A DNA stretch of 63,509 nt, counting the filler, from Octopus bimaculoides (lineage: Eukaryota), in NCBI RefSeq assembly GCF_001194135.2. It is 4 parts of 4 records of this genome, joined end to end, with 100 filler letters (N's around TTAATTAATTAA, not from the genome) between each part and the next. Parts side by side here need not be neighbours in the genome. Positions count along the whole stretch, not along the records: positions 1 to 18,775 come from NC_069005.1; positions 18,876 to 31,802 come from NC_069000.1; 2 more parts are not named here. One strand, 5' to 3'. Below are positions 12,202 through 24,707 of this stretch, piece by piece. The first letter of the stretch is position 1. Every line of letters begins with the position of its first letter. A model generated the notes under the pieces. The model was not told where the DNA came from, did no database searches, and was given only the letters and a program-made list of their open reading frames with translations. The position numbers were made by a program, and so were the translations under genes.

Positions 12202-13211
12202 NNNNNNNNNNNNNNNNNNNNNNNNNNNNNNNNNNNNNNNNNNNNNNNNNNNNNNNNNNNNNNNNNNNNNNNNNNNNNNNNNNNNNNNNNNNNNNNNNNN
12301 NNNNNNNNNNNNNNNNNNNNNNNNNNNNNNNNNNNNNNNNNNNNNNNNNNNNNNNNNNNNNNNNNNNNNNNNNNNNNNNNNNNNNNNNNNNNNNNNNNNN
12401 NNNNNNNNNNNNNNNNNNNNNNNNNNNNNNNNNNNNNNNNNNNNNNNNNNNNNNNNNNNNNNNNNNNNNNNNNNNNNNNNNNNNNNNNNNNNNNNNNNNN
12501 NNNNNNNNNNNNNNNNNNNNNNNNNNNNNNNNNNNNNNNNNNNNNNNNNNNNNNNNNNNNNNNNNNNNNNNNNNNNNNNNNNNNNNNNNNNNNNNNNNNN
12601 NNNNNNNNNNNNNNNNNNNNNNNNNNNNNNNNNNNNNNNNNNNNNNNNNNNNNNNNNNNNNNNNNNNNNNNNNNNNNNNNNNNNNNNNNNNNNNNNNNNN
12701 NNNNNNNNNNNNNNNNNNNNNNNNNNNNNNNNNNNNNNNNNNNNNNNNNNNNNNNNNNNNNNNNNNNNNNNNNNNNNNNNNNNNNNNNNNNNNNNNNNNN
12801 NNNNNNNNNNNNNNNNNNNNNNNNNNNNNNNNNNNNNNNNNNNNNNNNNNNNNNNNNNNNNNNNNNNNNNNNNNNNNNNNNNNNNNNNNNNNNNNNNNNN
12901 NNNNNNNNNNNNNNNNNNNNNNNNNNNNNNNNNNNNNNNNNNNNNNNNNNNNNNNNNNNNNNNNNNNNNTATATATATATATATTATATATAAAGTAGCG
13001 ATTTGAACAAATAACATAATAATGCTGTTTGTAATACATGAATGTTAGAAAAGATTGCACGCGTGTATTTTACATTAATGTTCTGGAGAGAATAAAAGTG
13101 ATTTATATATACAGACAATTGTGTATAAAATATTTATATATATTTAACAGCTTCTACCATGAACATATATATTTTTTTCAAATTATACATACGTACACAT
13201 ACATGTGAGTA

Positions 13212-13246
<35 letters not shown>

Positions 13247-14639
13247 TCTTATAAAGGTTGAGAAAAATATACAAAACAATCAAGTGAAATTAATTATTAT
13301 TATTATAGAAATCATTATTATTATTGAATGATAGGTGGTAAAGCACCTGTCCAACTAATTTGTCTTAGTTTCTATTTATTTATTTGATCTTCTTCCTCTT
13401 TACAATTACATTTACATCGCGAGTTCAAACCCCAAGGTGTTCGCCTTTGCCTTTCACCCCTGTTCGTCTGTTACATATAACTGTGACTGTGTTTATGTGT
13501 GGGTTTGTAGGAGCAATGGGTTATCCTGGTTTCATACACACACTAATGGTCTCAAAACACCGTTAGCTATTATAAACACCACCATCACTCATTTACATTA
13601 AAAGTATGTTAGTCAGCGCTTAACTATGTTTCCTTCGTAACGAAGTCGTCCCCTAGTAAACCATCCCCCTCTACTCCACGCTCTCATTCTCCAACCAATA
13701 ATAATAACAATAATAATGTTATTAATACTTCAGATTCCCCACTCCCGGTTCCTGCTTTACATACACACACGCCGGTTAGACGTCATCAATGATGATTAGA
13801 AGACATTCATGCTGTGACAATTCCATTATTAAGGGTCTTCTTTTTCTCTCCCAGACAGTATATTCCATGCCCCTACTCCGCTCCAATTCTAACGGTATGT
13901 ACAATGTTACTGATATGATTAAAAACGAAATTTAGCTGCTATTTCTAACCGGTTGATGGCTGTTGTTGTTTGACTCGCAGTCGACCTTAACCAAACAGAC
14001 AACCCATGAATGGCCTTCCAGTCGAGACGTAATCGTATCTTTATTAGGAAATACTTAAGACTGCCTTCACTTCTTAACGTGTCCTTCTTATTCAAGAAGG
14101 TGGTGTTATTAAAGGGAAATTTGGTTGTTATTTTTAGCCGATCGAACTACCAGGTTGAGGAAAAAAGACAGACAAGTTTTCCTCGTTGGCTCCAGATTCG
14201 ACATTTTCAGGAAAAAACGAAGATAAACAGACGAAATTCTGTGGTACACATGCCTGTCTTAAGGACACAAACAACACCAATAATGATAATAATCGACTCT
14301 AATACAAGCAGAAGGGTAGACGGAGCGGGGGGGGGGGAGGAGTTATCGATAATATATCGATCTGTAGTTATATTGGTGGTATATTTTTATCGAGTCCGCA
14401 AGTTATGTTAATACAAAATGAATTAAAGCAAGTATCGTGAAGTACATGTAATATGTAAATATATAATAAATAAATAAGGAAACGATGTAGTTGGTTATAT
14501 GGACCGTGGCATATAACTGGTACTTTTACGTTATTAAGTACCGATAGGGTAGAAAGTAAAGATGACCTCGACGAAAACTGAACTTGGAACGTGAAGTGTC
14601 GTAAGTAAATAAATAAACACAGCAAAGAAATGTTTGTCC

Positions 14640-14960
14640 GACACTCTGGCCCGTTGTGCCAATCATTCTAACACCCCGCTTCGATCGCCCGATTAATCGA
14701 TAACCAATCAGTCAAACCCCCTCCTCTATCGTTCTCGGTTAGTTATTTATTTTATCAATTCCCGGAAGAAATTGCAAGACAAAAAAAAAAGAAAAAAAAA
14801 GCACGCCGCCGTCGCCGCACCGACCTCAACGCCTCGGCGTGGATTCGAACTTTCAACGTGGAGGTATATTAATGAGACGAAGGGCGTCCTGACCGATGCA
14901 ATGCTTTTTTTACCATGTTCTTCTAACCTCCCGCCTCGCCCCCCGGCCCCCGCCCTGACA
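14640..14960 (+). promoter_or_regulatory. Candidate CpG-rich promoter with CCAAT boxes
   Basis: gccaatca (14658) and an NF-Y consensus aaccaatcag (14702), then a CpG-rich stretch and a possible 5'UTR donor gag|gtatat at 14863/4. Confidence 0.3.
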
Positions 14961-15409
14961 TCAACATCATATCCAATAATAATAATAATAATAATAATAA
15001 AGATAATAATAATTTTAACAAGGTTAGAAGAAAATTGAAAAACTATGGTACGAAAAAAGACGAAAATATAGACAAAAAGTGTATATACATGTATGAATAT
15101 GCATGTGTATATAAATATATATTATATATACATATATATATATATACATGTATATACAGAAAGAATATATAAATGAAAGAAAATTAACCTGTGTATATAT
15201 TTGTGTGTATATATATATAAATATATAGTCAATATATATCATATATATATATATATATATATATATTAAATATAATATTGATGGAGAGATACAAGATAAG
15301 TTAGCATCCAATCGTGGTGGTATTCGTGTGGAGTGAGATCTGGTGTTCCATATCGGTGCGACGACCAATTCCAGAATGGTAAACACTGTCAATATTACAA
15401 AACTACACT

Positions 15410-16604
15410 AAGCCCTTCCTCCTACTCCTTCTGCATCCTATTCATCGTCTCCTCTCTCCGTCACTCCTTCTTCTCTTAGTCTCATTCTCTCTCACGTTTT
15501 CACCTCCCCTCTCATTCGTTTTTACTTTACTTACTCTCACTCACTCACTCACTCTCCCTGTATCTCTCTCTCTCACACCCTTCCCTCTTCTCTTACTCCC
15601 TCTCTCCATTACTCCGGCATTTTCTTCAGTTCTCCTCGACACCCTCTCTCCTTTCTCTTACTTTTTCTCTCCCTCTTTCAACTCACTCCTTCGCTTCCTT
15701 ACTCTGTCTCTCTTCGTCCGTTATTTCCTCTATCATTTACTTCATTTCTCCTTTACTCCCTCTCTCTCTTTTCTTACTCTTTCTCTCACTCCGTTACTCC
15801 CTCTCTTATTGACTTCCTTTCTCCTTTACTCACTTAATTTCCTTAGTCTTTCTCTCTCTCTTTCACTCGCTTGTTTACTCTTTCCTCTTGTTCTCACCCT
15901 CTCTCTCTCTCTCTCTCTCTCTGCCTATCTTTTCTATTCTTTCTAACACCTTTCACACTCTCACTTGTTTTACTCTCTTCCTTTCTTCTTATCTCTCTTA
16001 CACCATCTCTCTCTCTCTTTCTATTCTCTCAGAGTTTTCGTTTACTCTCTTTCTTCCAAGCCCTCCTCTCCTCTCTCTCTCTCTGTAAATACGTCTGTCT
16101 TGGTAAAGGTGGTGGTGGTGGCGGTGGTGTTGATAGCGGTGACGTTGACGCTGATAATGATGCTAATGGTAGTGATGATGATGACTATGACGTTGTTGTT
16201 ACCGGCGGTGGTGGTGAAGGCGGTATTTTCGTTATTGATGTTGATGCTGGCGATGCGGTGGGGAGGTAGCCATAATAATAATAATAATAATAACAATAAT
16301 AACAATAATAACAATAATAATAATAATAATGGTGGTGGTGGTGGTGGTGGTGATGGTGGTGAAGATGATGGTGATAGAAGTAGTATTAGTAGTAGTAGTG
16401 GTGGTAGTGGTGGTGGCAGGAAGAGTAGACAGTAAGAGAGGGAGAAAGTGTGTGAGGGAGGAAGAGGAGGCAAAGGCTGAGGAGGAGGAGGAGGGCAAGT
16501 AACCCAACTTTGCTCCAACCTTTTCGCGCACGTCGGTAGATGGCGCTCTTTTATTACGCGCTGTCTTGTCTCTTTCAGTCTCCGCTTAACTGGAGTTATT
16601 GCTA

Positions 16605-16655
<51 letters not shown>

Positions 16656-17345
16656 GATACTACACGTATAATGTGTATATATATCCAGCAATATTATGTA
16701 GTATATATAATGATATACATTATATATACGCGATCGTACTAAACATATATGTGTGTGTGTACATGGTGAAACACTCCGAAAAGGATGGATGACAGAGAGA
16801 TAGATGTGTGTGGATGCACACACACACATACGCACGTATTATTCATCCTTCTCTCTTCTGTCTGTCCTGTCTGTCTCGCTCTTTAGTCATCCGCACACAT
16901 AAATGTTACACATACATGTGTGCGTGCGCACATGTTTATATATTTATACACGTACACACACATTTTATTCCTGATTTACTGTTTGTTTTCGTTTTTCGTC
17001 ACATTCATTCCTTTCTCTCACTCAGTCCGTCTCTCTATTATCCTTCTCTCTCCCTCTCTCCCCCTCCCTCTCTCTCTCTCTGTATATATCTTTCTTATTC
17101 CGCCTCTCTATTGTTTTTCTCTGTCATCCTATCTTTCCTTCTCGTATGTCTATCTTAATCTGTCATTATTTCTTTCGACTGAAGGTCTCTTTCTCTCTCT
17201 TTTAATCCATTTTTTTACTAAATGTTTTCCTCTCTCTCTCTCTCTCCCTCTCTCTTGCTCACACCCTTGTCATCGCTCACTCTCTCTCTCTTTATCACTT
17301 GGCTTAATGTTTGTATATCTATTTCTCTGTAAATCTGAGTCTCGG

Positions 17346-17407
<62 letters not shown>

Positions 17408-17438
17408 GTCCCTCTATCTATCTATCTATCTATCTTAT

Positions 17439-17473
<35 letters not shown>

Positions 17474-17474
17474 C

Positions 17475-17508
<34 letters not shown>

Positions 17509-17830
17509 GTCTGTCTGTCGTTTTCTTCTCCCCTTTTTCCTCTTCTCTCCGTCTCCAATTATCTTTCATATCAATTCTATAATCAACCGGTCTCTCATCC
17601 CGTTTCTTTTTCTATTTCTCTCTACCTTTCTCTCTCCTCACTTTCTGTCTTTCACTCTGCATCTCTTCCTCTCTCTCTCTATCCCTCCCCCTTATTAACT
17701 GTACATTACTCTACTTTTTCTTTCTATTACCCAATGTCATATTTGCTCCATCTCTCTCTTTCCTTCTCTCTCTCTTTCCCTCTCTCTCTCCCCTCTCTCT
17801 CTCCCCTCTCCCTCCCTCTCTCTTTCTCAA
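15410..17830. repeat. Low-complexity domain: long CT-rich tracts, (GGT)n, (AAT)n, (TA)n and (TCTA)n
   Basis: Directly visible. Similar (CA)n, (TA)n, (AG)n, (TCTA)n, (TACA)n, (TAT)n and (TCT)n arrays occur throughout the window and border most gaps. Confidence 0.95.
16531..16548 (+). promoter_or_regulatory. CTCF-like motif
   Basis: tcggtagatggcgct matches the 3' part of the CTCF core (TAGATGGCGC) and lies in an isolated CpG-rich patch between simple-repeat tracts. Confidence 0.3.
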
Positions 17831-17899
17831 CAAAACATTCAAGTTTTAACATTTGGATGACGCTCAAAGAAGGAAATAAAATAAGAAAGTTAGAGTAAT

Positions 17900-17936
17900 A
17901 GTATAACGTTTCGGATTTAGTCTTTCGTCAGATACT
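17900..17936 (-). ncRNA. Minimal type-I hammerhead ribozyme motif (near intact)
   Basis: Minus strand AGUAU CUGACGA A AGA CUAAA UCC GAAA CG UU AUACU: 5-bp stem I, intact core, palindromic AACGUU stem III, and an A.C mismatch at the base of stem II. Confidence 0.65.
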
Positions 17937-18733
17937 TGGAGAAAGTACACGAGTCACTACGAAGAGAATGAAGAAATGGCAGGAGATATGCATATGCATA
18001 CATGTGTGTGTGTGTGTGACATTGTATATCAGCAATTTTTATCTTTTAATGTTTTGTATATGTACGTATGTATGTATGCTTGTATATATGTATATATATA
18101 TGTATGTATGTATTTACGTATGTAATTAAAAGGGTGGGTGACGCAGAGAAATGACGTACATTTACAGGAAGAACAAAAAGTTAACACAAACGACAGCAAG
18201 TCTACCGCCCTGTCACTTGTTGGCCAAACATCATTACGATTTCGATACTATTCAACCAATATTTTTCAGTTTACCAGCGTCAGCAAGGACAGAAAAAGAT
18301 TTATGGCAGTGACAGTTAGGCGGAGGGGATAAAACCATCAGTACACCGAACAGTAAGAACTAATTTTGAAGAGGACGGGAGAATTGGATTATTCAACTTC
18401 ATTTCATTTATTATTTATAATGATAACTATATATTGATTAGCTAATGACTATGTGGTTCATAATGTTTGTACTTAAGCCCTGGAAACAGCTGTTGAACCT
18501 AATGGCGAAGTTTCGAAATGTCAATGAGAACTTTGTTCTGTATTCTTTTGGATATTTTGTTCAAGACATTCCGTTTTAGCCAAGTTTAACTCTGTTAAGT
18601 CATTCCTGCTGTGGTTGTTGGATTGAAAGTCAGAATATATTGAAGTTTGTTGACATGTTAAAGAATGGAGGTCTTCAATTCATTGCGTATATTTTCAGAG
18701 CGCATAAAAGTTAATCACACACACACACACAAC

Positions 18734-18775
<42 letters not shown>

Positions 18776-18819
18776 NNNNNNNNNNNNNNNNNNNNNNNNN
18801 NNNNNNNNNNNNNNNNNNN

Positions 18820-18831
18820 TTAATTAATTAA
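18820..18831. other. Assembly spacer TTAATTAATTAA inside a 100-nt gap (also 31847-31858 and 40168-40179)
   Basis: Each copy is 44 N + 12 nt + 44 N, and the 12-mer has stop codons in all six frames. Confidence 0.95.
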
Positions 18832-19219
18832 NNNNNNNNNNNNNNNNNNNNNNNNNNNNNNNNNNNNNNNNNNNNATATATATATATATATATATATAAA
18901 CATCCTTTTTTCCCCTCGTATTATATATATATATATCCCTGTTATCTACCATCATCTTACAGTTCTATACTCGCGCTAACTCACCGACTAACCATTTTTT
19001 CACACCTCATTACCCTCGTCCGCATATCCTGTTCCCAAAAGGCTTTACTTATCTTCCGCTTTACAAAATGGCGCTGCTGTTTGTGTTGTCTTCATTACAA
19101 GCCGAACACACAAGGAACATTATTAACTCACCTTCGTTTACTTTGATGTATATATTTTTGGATTCGCTCTTTAGAAATGTATAAGAACACTTCTAAAATT
19201 CGTGTGTGTGTGCATATTC

Positions 19220-19560
19220 CTTTACTTGCTTCAGTCATTTCGACTGCGGCCATGATGGAGCATCGCTTTTTAGTAAGCCTGGTCCTTATTCCATCGATGT
19301 CTTTTGCCGAACCGCTAAATTACGGTGATGTAAACACACCATGATCGGTTGTCAAGCGATGGGCGAGGGGGACAAACAAACACACACACACGTATATATA
19401 CGACGGGCTGTTTTCCTTTTCTGCCTACCGAATCCACTCACAAGGCTTTGGTCGGTCCGGGGATATAGTGGAAGACACTTCCCAAGGTGCCATGCAGTGG
19501 GACTGAACCCAGAACCATGTGGTTGAGAAGCAAGCTACTTACCACACAGCCGCTCCTGCA
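19220..19560. mobile_element. Composite SINE pair (same two families as the 3.7-4.6 kb cluster)
   Basis: ttcagtcatttcgactgcggccatg... followed by ...gggactgaacccagaaccatgtggttgag...accacacagcc. Confidence 0.85.
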
Positions 19561-20225
19561 CCTACCCTCCCCACACACAAACACACACAAGCTTTGAAGA
19601 AGGCTACCAGTGGCTTTTGATGGATCAGTGTTTTGTTGCTTCTGAGACACAACTTAGGACTAGATCAAACCAGCTGGGTTAATTGGGAAAAGGGACCTGA
19701 TGTTGAAAGATCCGAAATACCTGATACCCCAGTAATATACCAGGGTATCTACGACCAAACTGTATTATATTATTTATGGTGCTACATGTACCCCTCTCTG
19801 TTTTTAAATGCTCTCGGCCATAAGGAAACATTTCATTTAAATGGCTTCGAGGAAGCTATAAGATCTCACTTCTGCACTTAGCTCTGAGTACACGGTTATT
19901 TATAGCCGAAACAGCTGTAAGCTATTGAAAGCAATTATGTAAATCGTGTTCTTTTGTCATTCGTTAATTGATATTATGATCTCTAACTAACCTGGTGGAT
20001 TACTGTATAAATATATATTGAGTTCTAAGAACAGATTATTCGTTTAGCTATGGTTAAACAGAACCATAGGACATAACACACGCTCACACGCACGCACGCA
20101 CACACACACACACACACACATACACACACACACGAACACACGAACACACACACACACACATACACACACACACACACACTAACTGCAGTGGGCCAGAATA
20201 ATCGCAGCTCTTATATGGTGGTGGT

Positions 20226-20240
20226 GACGATGATGATGAT

Positions 20241-20305
<65 letters not shown>

Positions 20306-20432
20306 CGATGACGATGACGATGATGATGATGATGATGATGATGACGATGATGATGATGATGATGATGATGACGATGATGATGATGATGATGATGATGGTG
20401 ACGATGATGATGATGACGATGATGATGATGAC

Positions 20433-20470
<38 letters not shown>

Positions 20471-20480
20471 CGATGATGAC

Positions 20481-20515
<35 letters not shown>

Positions 20516-20552
20516 CGATGATGATGATGATGATGATGGTGACGATGATGAC
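20226..20552. repeat. (GAT/GAC)n microsatellite of about 325 bp
   Basis: Directly visible. Confidence 0.97.
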
Positions 20553-20874
20553 TCTACATCAACTGATTTTCTAGTCAACTAAAGGTTCATTCCTATGCCA
20601 CCGGTTTTCACACCTAAGATACACAAGATAACAATTACTTTGTGCTATCTGTGTTGTTGTTGTTGTTGTTGTTGTCGTTGTTTTTGTTGTTGTTCATGTT
20701 GTCGACGCCGATGTCGTTGAAGTTCTTTTCTTCTTCTTCCTCTTCCTCTCCCTTTTCCTTGTATTTTCACAGCTGCTTTGTATGTTCTTTATTGTCATTA
20801 TTTTGCAATAACAAACACACAGATGGCACGGAAAAGTGTGTGTCTATATGCACATGTACGCTTTGTGCATGTGT

Positions 20875-20905
<31 letters not shown>

Positions 20906-22320
20906 TTGAGAGAGGGGATGAGAGAGATAGAAGAACGAGGGTAGTGAAAGAAGAAAGAAAAGAAATAACGAAATAACGCAACGTTACAACTACAACAATA
21001 ACAACAGCAACAGCAACAACAAAGGGGTGTAGATCCGTTGTTTTGCATGAACCACATGATGAAGCCTTTGTACATCATATATTGATGAGGTGTGTAATTA
21101 TAATAATGGGTTGCACAACCAGTGTTTTCTGGTAATTGACAGAGAAACAACTCAAAGCACGGCCTGGAATGTAAAAACAAGAGTTAAAATAAAACAAAAA
21201 ACAAATAAGAAAAAAAAAATTAAAAAGTTTTACATGAGATTGATTTCAGTTTAAAATAAGAAGGAAATGAAAATAAAAGAAATATAAAAGAAAATAAAAA
21301 TAAACAAATTAAAACAAAGTAAACTTAGAAGTTTAAGGTTATCTCCGCGTGCTCTGTGTGTATGCGCGTGTGTGTGTAAGTGAGCGAGAGCGTATGTGTG
21401 AGTGTGTCTGTCGGTGTATGTGTGTGTATGCGTGTGTGCGTGTGCATGCATGTATGTGTGTGTGTATTTGTCGGTTAATCTTCCAAGTTTGATAAACGTT
21501 TTAGAAAACCTAATTCTGTAGCATTTGCACAACTGCACAACCCACGTACGCGTGGAATCAAACCCGGGGACCTTGTGGTTACGAACCAAACTTCTTCACC
21601 ATTCGGCCATCCCGTCATATGCGCGTGTGCTTATAATAAATTTCGAGACAAGACCAGCAATTTCAGAGGACGCGTAGGGTAAGTCGATTACATCGACCCC
21701 AGTGCATCGAGCCCCAATTTCAAACTAATTTTATTATAGACACACGCACATGTAACGGGGGTGGCCAAGTGCTAAAGAAGTTTGGTTCATAACTAGAAGG
21801 TCCCGGATTCGATTCCACTGCATAGCATCTATATCCTCGGGTCAGCTCATACCATCAGAGTAAAATTGTGTAGACGGAAACTGAAGAAGACCGCCGAGAG
21901 GATTATACTGGTAATTCACTTGGTACTGCCTTGTTGCACATTATGTCTTATAAAGTCTGCCTGAAAATTGCATTCATGTTACACGTGCCTCTGGAATACT
22001 CAGCCACTTACACGCTAATTCAGGAGCAAACGATTCAGTAGATCGCACAACTGAATATTTTTCGTCGAACGACGGAGATCCACCAGCAGCACCACCACCA
22101 CCACCACTACAAACACCACCACTACCACCACTACCACTACCACCACCACCACCACAAACACCTACTTTTCACGACATTGAAAGCTAAACTCTTCTTAGTC
22201 AATCTCAATTTAAATTACATTAATTATAATTATTACTAATTGGTGTTAATTATCTTTAATGAAGCGTAAGTTTTTCTGCATCAGTGAATAATGTCTGAAA
22301 TATTTATTTGTCTTTTACAG

Positions 22321-22528
22321 GAAACAAGGAGGATTTTTGCCATGGATTTTTTGACGTCCATGGTCAATGGAACAACGGTTTCTTCTGTCCGATATGGTCA
22401 ACGAATGTCAATCAAGTGTACTGCTGTGGAGAAGAGAATGACCGCTATTGCTGTAAGCCAGGAGATCAAAGCTCAGTTCCCGGACTAACCACTTACAATC
22501 CTTCAGATAAACCGGCAGCGAACACCGA
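22321..22528 (+). CDS. Shisa-like protein, cysteine-rich ectodomain exon (internal; phase 1 to phase 2)
   Basis: Acceptor tcttttacag, donor ga|gtatgt. Encodes NKEDFCHGFFDVHGQWNNGFFCPIWSTNVNQVYCCGEENDRYCCKPGDQ...ANT, the C*C*CC*CC pattern and G-x-W-x-x-G-F-x-C motif of Shisa/Shisa-like proteins. Confidence 0.9.
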
Positions 22529-22559
22529 GTATGTAACACATAAAATAATAATAATACTT

Positions 22560-22940
22560 TCTACTAAAGGCACAAGGCCTGAAATTTTGGGAGAGGGGCT
22601 AGTCGGTTAGATCGACCCCAGTACGCAAATGGTACTTAATTTATCGATCCCGAAAGGGTAAAAAGCAATGCGGACCACGCAGAATTTGAACTCAGAATGT
22701 AAGAACGGACGAAATGTCGATAAATGTTTTGCCCGGCGTGCTAACGATTCTGCCAGCTCACCGCCTTGATAATAATGATAATAATAATAATAATAACTTC
22801 AAATTTCTGGCCATAGACCAGCAGTTTTGCAGGAGGAGTTAAGTCGATTGTATCGACCCCAGTACTCAACTGGTACTTTTTTCATCGATCCTGAAAGGAT
22901 GAAAGGCAAAATCGACCTGGGCAGAATTTGATCTTAGAAT
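22560..22940 (-). mobile_element. Two tRNA-derived SINE copies (ggcggcgagctggcagaa..gttcaaattc..ggtcgataaattaagtacc family)
   Basis: atcgaccccagt..ggtactt..aaaggcaaa..gaatttgaactcagaa motif; the B-box-like gttcaaattc lies on the minus strand. Confidence 0.85.
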
Positions 22941-22944
22941 GGTA

Positions 22945-23245
22945 AGGCGCATGGCTTAGTGGTTAGGGTGTTGCACTCACGATTGCGAGATCGTGGGTTC
23001 GATTCCCAGACCGGGTGTTGCGTTGTGTTCTTGAGCAAAGCACTTCATTTCACGTTTCTCTGCGATCATTTCGACATCTGACATGTGGCACCCTGTTGCA
23101 CCTGTACAGGTAATGTCGATCTGATGGAGGGAATGAGCTTATGTCTACACACACATTTGATCACTATAAACAAATCATTTGTGTGGTCGTCCGGTAAGTT
23201 CTTGCCGAACCCTCGTACGTCGTCTAACGACGAGAGAGTCCATTA
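22945..23245 (+). mobile_element. tRNA-derived SINE of a different family
   Basis: A box tggcttagtgg and B box gggttcgattcc, followed by gtgttcttgagcaaagcacttcatttcacgtt. A degenerate relative lies at 52171-52290. Confidence 0.8.
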
Positions 23246-23920
23246 TATGTACACACAGTTTTGTGTAGAAATGTACAGCTATGTTCTGTATTCTATGATT
23301 CTCTGATTTATTCGTGAGACAAAGAACTAACCTTTTGCTGCACTCACCCCCTACTCCCCTTGCACTGTTCCAAACAATTTTGGTATTAAGATCATGCCTA
23401 ACCGCAACATCTGCAGGAATAATCGAAAAAGAGTTCTTGGACAGCTGGGGAAACCACAGTACGCCCACAGAAACACTTAGGCTCACAGTTCTTCAGCTGT
23501 ATCTGCGAGTGATGATGTTTTCTCAGCTCGAGTAGGGTTCGTTTATCTAAAGTTAAAGAAACATGAAGATTGCCTGCAGCGCGGATTGAACTTGTGACCT
23601 GCAAATTTATTGTCTTCTCGTCCGTCGCTCCTTCAGGAACGCTGTCAAGTTTAAGTCTTATTCATGTCATTGTTTAAAACAGTAAAATAGCAACGCACGT
23701 GTATACGCTAGCAAAGGCATTTATAATATAAGCATGCACACACACACACACACACACGCGCGCGCGCGTGCGCTCACTTACACGCACACACACGCACACG
23801 TGCGCTCATTCACACATACACACAAACACACACACGTACACGCGCTCACACTCACACACACATACACGTATATATTTCATTATTTAACGACAAATTTTCT
23901 ATGCTTGCATGGTTTAGATA

Positions 23921-23990
23921 AGGCATAGGCAACTTTTTCGTGAAGCGGGCCGCATGAGACATAGCTGTTCATCAGACGGGCCGCACATAG
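23921..23990. mobile_element. hAT-like MITE terminal fragment
   Basis: ggcataggcaactttt...gcgggccgcat pattern typical of hAT non-autonomous element ends. Confidence 0.35.
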
Positions 23991-24469
23991 TCCATGACTG
24001 TTTTAGACGGAATACGTTGAGGCTGACGTTTTCTACGTCTGGATGCCCTTCCTCTCGCCAACCTACACTGGTTTCCAAGCAACGCAATATCTCCCGTCAC
24101 TGGACATAAACACACGCACAAGCAGACGAGCGCGCGCGCGTATATGCCGACCCCGTGGTCTGTTATTCTGGAGCATTCACAGCGTGGTGCCCGCTTCTTT
24201 AGAAATATTTCGTTCGTTTTCACGACCGTTGCTTCATATAGTCAATATGTAAACGAATGTATGCGCGTGTGAGTGTGTGTGTGTGTTTCGACGTGTGTGT
24301 CTGGAGACAGAGCGAGAGAGGGAGAGAAAGAGAGGGAGAGATAGAGAGAGAGAGAGAAAGAGAGGGAGAGACAGAGGGAGAGATAGAGAGAGAGAGAGAG
24401 TGATTGTTATATCCTTACGCCCTAACAGTGTTATAAAAATATAAAATAGAAACAGCGGCAGTAACAAAC

Positions 24470-24660
24470 ACTCAACGTTAGCACACCGGGCGAAATGCTT
24501 TGCGGCATTTCGTCTGTCTGTAGGTTCTGAGTTCAAATTCCGCCGAGCTCGACTTTGCCTTTCATCTTTTCTAGGTCGATAAATTAAGTACCGGTTGCGT
24601 ACTGGGTTCTATCTAATCGATAAGTCCCTTCTCCCCAAATTTTAGGCCTTGTACCTATAG
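24470..24660 (+). mobile_element. SINE of the same family as 22560-22940, in opposite orientation
   Basis: acgttagcacaccgggcgaaatgc..gttctgagttcaaattccgccgag..ggtcgataaattaagtacc. Confidence 0.88.
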
Positions 24661-24668
24661 TAGAGAGG

Positions 24669-24707
<39 letters not shown>

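Noticed and set aside
16540-16610. MALFYYALSCLF... (and MALLFVLSSLQA... at 19068) as the Shisa signal-peptide exon
   Set aside because: Available donors are phase 0 or 2, not the phase 1 needed by exon 22321.
18820-18831. TTAATTAATTAA palindrome occurring three times between N runs
   Set aside because: Always exactly 44 N + 12 nt + 44 N, so it is an artificial scaffolding spacer rather than biology.
20084-20578. Poly-Ser, poly-Met or poly-Asp ORFs; GAT/GAC variation looks synonymous for Asp
   Set aside because: Mixed GAT/GAC arrays are explained by substitution plus slippage, and there are no convincing splice sites or flanking coding sequence.
21530-21615. tRNA-Thr(CGT)-like sequence on the minus strand (similar heads at 21770 and 25385)
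   Set aside because: The acceptor stem and B box are degraded and similar heads lead into SINE bodies elsewhere, so these are SINE heads rather than tRNA genes.
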